DNA of 37,544 nucleotides from Sulfurimonas sp. (GTDB taxonomy: Bacteria; Campylobacterota; Campylobacteria; Campylobacterales; Sulfurimonadaceae), in the NCBI RefSeq assembly GCF_032250635.1, contig NZ_JAVVFL010000001.1:1-37544 (forward strand), written 5' to 3'. Position 1 is the stretch's first letter; every line of letters begins with the position of its first letter. The notes beneath the pieces were generated by a model. That model did not search any database, was not told the origin of the DNA, and saw only the letters and a program-made list of their open reading frames with translations. This document shows, in pieces, positions 10,223 to 20,100 of the stretch. The translations under genes and the position numbers were made by a program.

Positions 10223-10258
10223 TCCGACCTACAAAGCAATAGCTTTTCTAGAAACAGT

Positions 10259-10301
10259 GGGTTCTTAGCTCAGTTGGTTAGAGCCCCCCGCTCATAACGG
10301 G
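10259..10301 (+). pseudogene. 5' half of a tRNA-CAU gene broken after the anticodon arm (probable prophage junction)
   Basis: GGGTTCTTAGCTCAGTTGGTTAGAGCCCCCCG-CTCATAA-CGGG, followed by non-tRNA sequence; no T-arm or 3' acceptor strand. Confidence 0.85.
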
Positions 10302-10358
10302 TTTGTGAAAAGTTCACAAAGTGCTGTTTTGTAGGTGTTCTAAGTAGGTTTATTTTTT

Positions 10359-10381
10359 TTGGGTACCGAGTTGGGTACCGA
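10359..10381 (+). repeat. tandem direct repeat TTGGGTACCGA x2 (candidate integrase arm-type sites)
   Basis: Exact 11-mer at 10359-10369 and 10371-10381, about 60 bp inside the junction. Confidence 0.55.
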
Positions 10382-10396
10382 CTTCATGTTTCAAAT

Positions 10397-10473
10397 GGGC
10401 TTTTAACTCAGTTGGTTAGAGTCCCCCGCTCATAACGGGGTTGTCGCAGGTTCGAGCCCTGCAAAGCCCACCA
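10397..10473 (+). tRNA. tRNA with CAU anticodon (probably Ile2/lysidine type; elongator Met not excluded)
   Basis: 77-nt cloverleaf: GGGCTTT/AAAGCCC acceptor, ACTC/GAGT D-stem, CCCCG-CTCATAA-CGGGG anticodon arm, GCAGG-TTCGAGC-CCTGC T-arm and encoded CCA. The G1:C72 pair argues against an initiator tRNA. Confidence 0.93.
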
Positions 10474-10474
10474 T

Positions 10475-11152
10475 TTATGAAACATTTTCCGCAGTTTGCA
10501 TATCAATAGCTTTTTTATGTTCTGCTTTCATCAGCTGCTCTAACTGCTCAACAGTCATAGAGTTCAATTCCTCAGCACTATAATTTCCATTCGCATTAAA
10601 GATAACAGTATCCGGACTTTTTCCAAACCTTGCTTCTTTTGCTAGTTTATGTATCTCACTACTTGCTTTGATGTCCGCTTGCTTAACCCTTGTGATATCT
10701 TTTTTAACTTGGTTAGACAAAACAATGCTGGAGAGCATAGAGTTTTTAAAGAGCTGTGCATCAAAGTAGTCAGCTTGTACACTCGCGAGAAGTGTCATGT
10801 CCGTTTCTATACGCGCTTGAAGTTCTGCATTATCGCTTCCGATATCTAAGATACCATCTACTTCAAGGTCGCCTTTCTTACTCACTCCATAGTATTTATT
10901 GAGTTTGTTTTTCATCTCGTCATACACGGAGGTCGCTTCTAACTCCTCTCGTAGCTTCTTTGCAGTGAGAGCAACTTTGTTAGCTTTTGAGCCTTGTAGC
11001 CAAATTCCACCGTACTCATCTCTATCGTCATTTTTCCAATCGCTCAAAGTAGAGACGCTTACCGCCTCATCTTTGCTTATGTCCGTAAGAGACTTGTCCA
11101 TAACCTCAAACAAAGCCCTACATCTAAAACGAATCTCTAAATCATGTGCCAT
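10475..11152 (-). CDS. HTH protein, probable terminase small subunit
   Basis: N-terminal HTH (SLTDISKDEAVSVSTLSDWK), helical core and a TerS-like tail (ELNSMTVEQLEQL). Confidence 0.55.
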   Translation of the reverse strand: MAHDLEIRFRCRALFEVMDKSLTDISKDEAVSVSTLSDWKNDDRDEYGGIWLQGSKANKVALTAKKLREELEATSVYDEMKNKLNKYYGVSKKGDLEVDGILDIGSDNAELQARIETDMTLLASVQADYFDAQLFKNSMLSSIVLSNQVKKDITRVKQADIKASSEIHKLAKEARFGKSPDTVIFNANGNYSAEELNSMTVEQLEQLMKAEHKKAIDMQTAENVS

Positions 11153-14100
11153 CTATTTCCCCTCAAACTTTTTAAGCTCTTTTTCTAGCGTCTCGCTTAC
11201 GCCTTTAAAAATCTCTGTTCTTTTCTCATAAGCAGCGTTGATGCGCTTCTCTTTCTCTGCCTTGCTAAGTTTCTTATCATAAGTGATATGCTCAACCCTA
11301 TTTTTTATATTAGTAAGCTTGCTTGCATATCTTGCCATCAATCTACTAACTTGAACGTATGCTTTTTTCTCATCAGCACTCATGTACTCAGTAATATTTT
11401 TCCCACCATCTATAAAAGCTTTTTTCTTTTTTGCCTCAAAGCTTGCTTTAACTCCGCCAGCCTTTCGCATAAGTTCATAATATTTCTCGCTGTAAGCTGT
11501 GCGCGTTTCAACCTCCTTGCCTCTAAAGCGGTATGTTAAAAACTCTAAAGCATTTCTTGCAAACGGTCTTGCTCCCCAATCTTTTTCATTCCACAACATA
11601 TTTTCCGTAGTTTCCTCTACCATCTTCGCAGTAAGCCCTAGGTAGCCATCAATATAATGCTGCATCAGAATTGGACTTGCACCAGTAAGCTCGCCTGCCT
11701 TTTTATAAAGAAGCGGCGTGAAGTTCATGTATTGGTCACTCTTGTCATCAATGTTTTCCAAGTAACTTGGAACAATGTCTCCACCTGTCCAGTTCTTGTT
11801 TGTCATATCTTCAAGTATAGGTTGAAATAAACCACTTACGTCTCCTATGCTAAACATAGTCTTTATTCCCCAGACAAAATCCGCTGCTGCCTCTTTGCCA
11901 TGCTTTGTGTAAATTCCATCTGCGACAATCTCTGGCATAGTAGCAAACGCAAAACCAATATCGTAAGGGCGAGGTATCTTGATGTGCTGATCACCTATGA
12001 AGAAATGCCAGTACATAAGCTTACTATCGCGAGTGAGTTTTTTATAGCGCTCATCGTCTCTGTTTGCCGACCATAGTGCAAGAGTTATAACAGAGATAAG
12101 CCCTCCAGCTGCGTAGAGTCTTAGTTTGTGCGCTTGCAGCTCTCCTAGTTGATTTTTAAATTTTACTGCATTGGATAATTTCATTTCTCCATTGAGAGAG
12201 AATATGCGTCTTGCAGTTTTATCCATACCGTTGATACCAGCTTTCATAAACGGAACGGTTGCTAAGAAGCCAGTCCACGTTCTGTTGCTTCCTTTAATAG
12301 TAAAGTCTGTACTGACCTCGTTACCCTCAAATGCTGCCTGCATATTACTCTTGCCAGAGTTTGTAGCAAGTAAAAACTCTCCTATTCTAGTTCCGTACTC
12401 AAATGTATCAGCACCATACGCCATTGCGGATAGAAGCTTGTTTATTACCTCAAACCCTCTATTTACCTCTAGCATACCCATAGCATCCACATCTCCGCCT
12501 AGAGTAGTTCTTCTTGTTCCATAGCCGCCGCCGCTTGCCATAAAGTTTTTATAGACATCTGTTTTCATGACAAAATGGTACATGCCGCGTACAGATGTCA
12601 CAACCGGAATAAACTTGTTCTTAGAGAGAACAGAAGCACTTACTGTGTCTCTTACAAAGTTTGTGCCGTAAAATAGAGGATTGTTTGTAATGTTCCAAGT
12701 CATTACATTTTTAGCACTCATCAAGTATTGAACAAGCTCGTTATAGTTTGCAGATCCAAAAGATGTAAGACTATCTACAAGAGCAGCATCATGAACTTCA
12801 AAGTAAATCTTTTTGCCGTTGATGATTACAGTCTCTATATACCCTGTTTGAGAAGTAGGCTTATGCCCATGCGTCCAAAACTCTAAAGCGGATGGATTGT
12901 CAATCAAGTTCTGCTCTATCTCATTTACATCTATAATGATGTCGGCATTGATATCTCCGCTAAGTATCATTCCGTCTTTTGCAACAGTGATTCCAAGTTG
13001 CGCCATAAGTTGTGCCACTTTTTTCGCTTGCTGCGCTATGTCAGATTTTACAAGTTTATTTTCTGCGCTTACTTTTGTTGCAAACACTCCACCCATATCG
13101 CTATCATCTAGCATTTTGAAAAATACCGATTTCCCACGGGAAATTAAAGCTTGTTTGATGTTGCTCTCGATTCCACCAATGATATTCTCCATGATGTTAC
13201 CTAAAGAGTGTGTGCCTCCGGTAAGTCTTTGACCTATCTTTGCCGGAGGAACTGCTCCGTTTTGCACGCTCTCTGTAACTCTATGAAAAGGTACATAGTT
13301 TTTGTTCATCTCTTGAAAATTCGCTTTTTGCTCAGGAGTGATTAGGTTCATGCCAACATAAAAGTCAAGCATCGCATCGTTAAACTCTTGATACTCATTG
13401 AAGATTGTCTCAAATTCAGGATACTTCTGCGCGAGTAAGAGTCCAGCGTCTATCTCTTGCTCTGTTATGAGGTTCTCTCTTCCTTGCCCTTTAAGCTCCG
13501 AAGCTCTCATCGCGACAAGATAATCAGATAGAAGTCTCACTCGCTCCTCAGATACTTTAGTTGCAGGAGCAAAAATATCGTTAAGAGCTTTGCCACTATA
13601 AGTGATATCTCCGTTAGCTTTAACGCTAGGTACGCCAAAGTGCATAGCTGTGTGCATCAAAGAGCTTGCGTGTTCTGCTAGTTGAAGTATCTTATAAGGA
13701 CTTTCAATCGCATCTGTTGCAACATCGCCACGGATTGCCGCTTCTATGCGCTTAATGCTATGAACTTTATCTATTGCCGCTTGTCTGATGTCCTTACTTA
13801 TCTCCGCTTGACTTCTCTGTATCTTCTTTGCAGTAGAATTAAGCTCTCCTCCTTGCTTGCTTCTTAGTGTTGCAGCGGCTCCTTGATAGTAAAACTGGTG
13901 CATCCCTATTTGTAGCATCTCCATTTTTGCTTGGAGGTTTTTATCTTTTGCTAAACGCGCTTCAAAATCTTTTACCATATTTGGCGCGACTAGAGTAAGT
14001 GTATTGTAGTTTGTAAGCCACAAACGAACGAACTCAGCAAAACCCTCGTTTATGACTTTTTTAGGGTCTGTGGTGTAGCTAAGCGCTTTTACTTCCTCTT

Positions 14101-17100
14101 TATTTTTTAGGATGATACTTCTAAAGAAACTATCTTTTGCATCCTTGCTTTTGTTATTGTGAAAGAAGTCTAAATAGTGAGCCATCTCATGCGCCATTAT
14201 TTCAACATCGCTATAGTTTTTAAGACGAATTGAGCTGTCTTTTCTTTTATATATGCCGAGGGCGCTTTTACCTTTTATCTTACCGTCATAAAGTCTATTG
14301 CCTATTATATCGCTTACATAGATACGTAAACTATCAGCATTGATTGGCTTATCTGCCGCAGGGAGTTTTACTTCTCTTTTGTTAAGCGTGATCGTATCAC
14401 TCAAAGGGCGAGAAGGAATACCGCTCACTGAATAGTTTGGAACATAGTTGATGCCGGCTTCATCATACCCATTCGCACGCGCATAAAAGTTTGTCTCTTC
14501 TATCTGCTTCTGCTCTTTAGGCGTAGGCTTTTTAGAGTAAGAGATAGTCTCCGGCTCTCTGTCTGCCAAGTAACTCTCTATCTCCGCTGCGCTCTTGCCC
14601 TCGCTCTTTAAAATCTGCTCAAGCGTGTAGGCTGTTTTGATTTTATCTATGCTTACATTTTTCCCATCATTCGTAAACTCATCAGTAATAAACTTCGTCT
14701 CTGCCTCGTGTGATGCTTTTTGCTCTTTGCGCTCATTTGCCTTAGCTTCTATCTCGGCAATTTCTACTTCTATACCTTGAATAGTATTTTCATACTTTGC
14801 TTTTCTCTCAACTAAGCCTTGAATATGCTTATCTAACTTCTCTTTTTTCTCTGCTTCATCCTTGATGCCCTCATACTTTGGAAAATTTTGAGGCATAAGG
14901 TTTTCATCTGCCCCTTTTATTGCATCGCTGTAGTTTTTTATTGAGCCTTGTTTTGTTTTTATATCTGCATCAAGCTTAGTGATGATATTTTTGAGATTGT
15001 TCGCGTCTACAACAGCATTTTCTATGACTCTCTGTTTTCTAAGTCTCTCTCTCTCAAATGGGTCACGCTCTAAATCTATAACCGCTTGATACGGGTCGGT
15101 AGTGTTTGAGTTGTCTATTATGGAAACACCATCCACCACAACTAAGTCCTCATTTTCAGAGAACTTATACATATCGTTAAACCCTCTTTTTTTCATAACA
15201 ATGTCATAACTTCTTTTGTCAAAAGTTCCAAGTTGAAAAAATTGGTGTACGCGCACTTCTGTATTTTCATTCCCTTGACGCACGCCACGGTTAGAGCGCT
15301 GCTCTATCTCATCGGGGCGGAAAGGAATATCAAGCTGGTAGATATCAGTTGTTTTTCTGTTTAGGTCAACACCAACACCAAGCTTGCTTGTATTTCCAAT
15401 AATTACTTTTATGTCGCCATTGTTATACATGTCCATAATTTTATTTAGCATATCAGGTTTTATGGAACTCTTTGAGACTTTGCCTGTCGTAGGATTTACA
15501 AAAGCGGCACCATTCACAAAGACAACCTCTTTCTCATCAAACAAGCCAGTTGCTAAGATTTTCTCTCGTGTCTCAGCGTGCGTGGATGTAACACTCCCGT
15601 CGCTGTTTTTTACAGAGAGTCTATCCAAGAAGATGATCTGCCCACTATTGCTATTTTCTTTGTATTGATTTGTAATCAACTCTATCGTTTTCAGTATCTT
15701 ATTATTTTCAGATGTTGCGATATCGTTGTCTATAACATCAAAAAGGTCATCGGGCGTAAATTGAGATTTACCTTTTGTTCCAACATCATAAAGTCTTAAA
15801 TCAATACTAGCACTTCTCCCCGCTCCCATAGCAACAAGAGCTATCTCAACTTCGCTAGAGTCTAGCAACCCGCTTTTTATCTTCTTTGCATCTTCCATCG
15901 CAGCTAAAATTCTATGCTGCACGTCTTGAAAAATCTTCTCTCCGGCACTGGAGAGCTTAAGATAGTGCTGCACATCTACCTGCTTTGGTCGTGGAAGCTC
16001 CGGCATATCTTTAAAGCCTTTGTAATCCACAAATCTATCTAGTATCTTGCCCATCCAATCAAGGTTTTTCATGCTTGCTAAGGCTTCTCTTTTTACTATC
16101 TTGCCTGCTGAGTCTGTAGTTTCAAGCTCCTCTATATCGTAAAAAGTATCAACAAAATCTCTAGAAGAGACAATACCATACTCGTAAAGGATGCTCTCGT
16201 CTAAATGCTGTAAAAGTGTGTAAAGCTCCAGTGGCTTATTTGGCGTTGGCGTACCTGTAAGCAAGATGACATTGTTGCCGTTATTATTTTGAGAAACATA
16301 TTTGCTTTTAAATCTAAAGTCATAGCTTCGCATACTTCCAAGGGTCGCGCTATGAGGTTCAGCGCCCTCGAGGATATCCTTTGCTGTCAGTGCTTTTCCA
16401 TTTTTATCGGAGTAGCTCATCACTACACTTGCCCCAAGTCCACCTTTGATATCTTTACCGCCAAGCCCGATATTTTTATAGTATTGCACTTCATCTGCTA
16501 TCAACCCATCAAAGCCCATCTTTGCAAAATCAAACTCAACATCACTACCGTATGCTTGTTTAAGTCCATTTTTTAAAGCTCTTTTTTTAGCCTCTGCCGA
16601 TACGCCTTTTTTCTTTGATTTTGTATCGCCTGCCTCAACTTCCTCTATGGCTTGTATCTGCTCAACCAAATCATCTACATACTCACTCATTACATCACTA
16701 GGTAGCCCAAACTTTTGGAACATTGTATCGCCAATTATTGTGAAGTCGTAGCGATTGTTTGCAAGATCAAAAGCCATCTGCTCTTTTTCTTCACGGCTTA
16801 GTTGTGTCCACTCTTTTGCATTTCCTTTATTTACACCGCTTTTTACTTTTGGAAATTCAAACACTGCGGCATGTGGATAAAGTTCTTTAACACTGTTTTC
16901 CCACTGAGCAATTGTGTTTACGGGAACAACAAAGAGAGGCTTTTTCATAACGCCTTGACCTATAAGGTTCATAACTGCAACTATTGCCGTGATTGTCTTG
17001 CCTCCTCCGGGTGCAAAAGCTAAAACACCTTTTTTATTAAACACCAATTTTTCAGCGCCCTGTAGTTGATGTGATTGCATAGCGAAGGATTTGTCTCTAA

Positions 17101-20100
17101 ATGTTTTAGGAAGCTCACGAAGTAGTACGCCTGTCATCTCAGGACGGACATAAAAGTTTGAGTATCTGTTGTACTCGTCTGTAAGTATTTCAGCTAAGCC
17201 TTGTTTTTCTATATACTGCATTACTTGTGGAACTAAAACCTCGCTCAAAAGCTTTGTAGCTTCCATGGTCCTTTGGATGTTCTCTTGATCGCTCTCGTCT
17301 TTGCCTTTTGGAGCAAGAGCTTTTTTGTTTAGGTATCTATTGTAAAGCTCTGCTTTCATACCGTCGCCATCAAACACATCGGAGCGAACAAATAGCTCAC
17401 CGCTTTTCTCTGTGCTTATTGCATCGCGAACAGCGTTAGGTAACCAGCTCTCTCCACCCTTAACTGTGATATTTTTAAAAGGTATCTGCTCAGGAACTAT
17501 TGCTTTTAGCTTTATGTACTGCTCGTTGTATTCGTCTATACTAAGTCCATGGTATTTGCGTAGCCCCTCAACAGAATCAAGTTTTGCGTAAACATTGCCG
17601 CTGTAGTACATAAAGTCAAGCTGTATCTCGTTTACTCCGCTGCGAACATAGCTACGATTTTTTACCAACTCTTGCATATCCTCTTTGCTTAAGTAGTCAT
17701 ACTCTTTTGAGGTATCTATGGCTGTGTCGCCAGTGGAATAAAAAAGTGCACGCTCTATTAGTGGAGAGTTTGCATCTACTTCAAGTACGCCACTATCTTT
17801 AAATCTCGTCTGCTCTCCATAGATAGGCGCAGGAGTAAAGTCTTTATCAAAGTAGCTCATAGATTCTTTAAGAGCTATGTCGGAGCGGTGCTCTTTCATA
17901 AACTTTTTAAGTGCTAAGTCGTTATGAGGAGATTTCTCAAACCGTTGCTTGTAGTTTTGTATCTCCGCAAGTGCTGTGTTTATCATTGTTTTGTCTTCAA
18001 GACGAAGACCATCTTCTGTAAGCATTTTTATCTTTTCAAGCAAGAGCGCCTTTTGTGCGTTATCGCCTTTTAGAACTTCTCCAAACATAGCTTTTTTAGA
18101 AGTGTCGCTAAATGAAAGCTCCTGCGCGTAGTAAACCATTTTCCCATCTGCAAACTCGCTGTGAGGTTTAGCTTCGCTTACCAACTTCATCGGGATCTTG
18201 TTTTGTGCTGCATACTCTGTAGCTTCTTCTACGTTTTTAAAACTATGCTGCTCGTCTTGTGTCTTCTTAGCTATTTTATACGGCTCATAACTAATCTTGA
18301 TGTTTTCAAACTTTGGCTCGCCGCGAACTATCCAGCCCTCTTTGCCCATCTTTGTTTTATCGTTTGCTACAACCACTTCATCGCCTAGCAAATTCTCAGG
18401 ATGCTGCAATAGGTATTCGTTCATAGCAAAACCGTCTTTGTTACCAATGTTTACAAACTGATTATTCACATCTTCTTGACGACTCTTTACTCCCTCGGGT
18501 CGTTTTTGGATGAAGATAATATCTATCATGGTATCGGTATGAGCATTTTTAGCTTGTGACTTCTCGGGAAGTCTAAATGCACCTATGATATCGCCTCTGT
18601 CCATTAAATACTTTCTAAGATGTCTCGCTGTAGTTGTTCCATCCATTGTTCCGGTACTTGTCATAAACGCGATAACACCGTTCTCTTTTACTTTATCCAT
18701 AGAGTGAGCAAAGTAAAAGTTATGTATCGCTTTAAACGCAGGTTTGATTGTCATAGCATGCTCACGCATAAGCATCTCTGTACTCGCAAAAGGAACATTA
18801 GAAACTATAAGGTCGTAATTCTTGCCCTCAAAGGTCTCATAAGTGTCTGCAAAGAAGTTTTTGATTTGAGGATAAAGTCTTTTTGTGATTTCAATGTTTG
18901 TCGTATCTATATCCACAACATCCCATGAAGCATTTGGCATAAACCCAACAAAGTTGCCACTGCCAACTGCCGGCTCTAAAATTTTATCCATAGGAACGTC
19001 TGCATCTGCTAAGGCTTTGTAGATTGATTGTACTGTAGCGTAGTTTGTGTAGTGCTGATTTACTGAGTTTTCGTTTGCCTCTCCAAGTCCACCCTCTCCG
19101 GTATAGTGGCGAAGTATCTCTCGGTCTGCTTCTGTAATCTCTTCTAGTGGTTTTTTTATGATTTCGAGCGTAGCGTCATTGAACTTTTTGCGTTGACCTT
19201 TTGTAAGCTCAACTGGAGTTCTCCCCTCTAGTGAATAGCTCTCAGTGCTATTTGGTTCATCAGATCTTGGTAATACTCTGTTTGCATCAGTTGTCTGTTG
19301 CTTAGGTTGTTTATTTCCGCCATCGGTTTTGTATCCGTCCACTCCGCCATATCCATTGGATACTTCATCTTGAGTGCTTCCATTCGTACCAAGTCCGTCA
19401 GGTCGTCTATCGCCCTCTGATACTGACTTGTCACTTCCTTGATTTGTTTTTGTGTCAAGTGTGTTTTGTTTTGAAGTTGGTACTCCAGCTGTATTATTTG
19501 TTCGCTCAACAGTTTGACTGCCTGCGTCATTTCCTCTGTTCTCATTTCCTCTATTCTCCTCTCTCTCAACTATATCCATTATATCACGAACAAACTCAGA
19601 TGAAGTTAGTTTGCTATTTTTTATCCATCTGTTGCTGCCGTCTTTTTTCGTTGCTTTGTTGGTAGTTCTGTAAAGCTGCCCATCAGTAAGGCGCATATCA
19701 TCGCCCATAGTGTACGCATCGTGTATGCCATCTTCTATGAGATCATAACCAAGCGAGACATAAACACCAATATCACTATTTGGCTTATAGAGTTTAAACG
19801 AAACACTGCCACCAGCAGGAGCAAGGTTGTTGCTAACTCCCATATATGAAAGAGGTTTGCCTTTTTTATCTACTGCAACCTCCCATCCACCAAGAGCTTT
19901 TTGCAACTGCTGCACATATTTCGCTACATCTTTTTGAAGCTTCTTTGATACCTCACGACTAGGAATTTCATTCATAATCCCCTTAGTTGTATAAACCTTT
20001 GTCGTGTCAAAGATTATTTTAGCATCGCTGCTTCCGGATACACCTCTATCGTTAGCTCCCTTGCTTTCTCCTGCGTATGTCCCTTTGCTAGTAGGCTCTT

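Noticed and set aside
10304-10318. CRP-like site TGTGA...TCACA
   Set aside because: The spacer is 5 nt rather than 6; the sequence is better treated as part of the junction inverted repeat.
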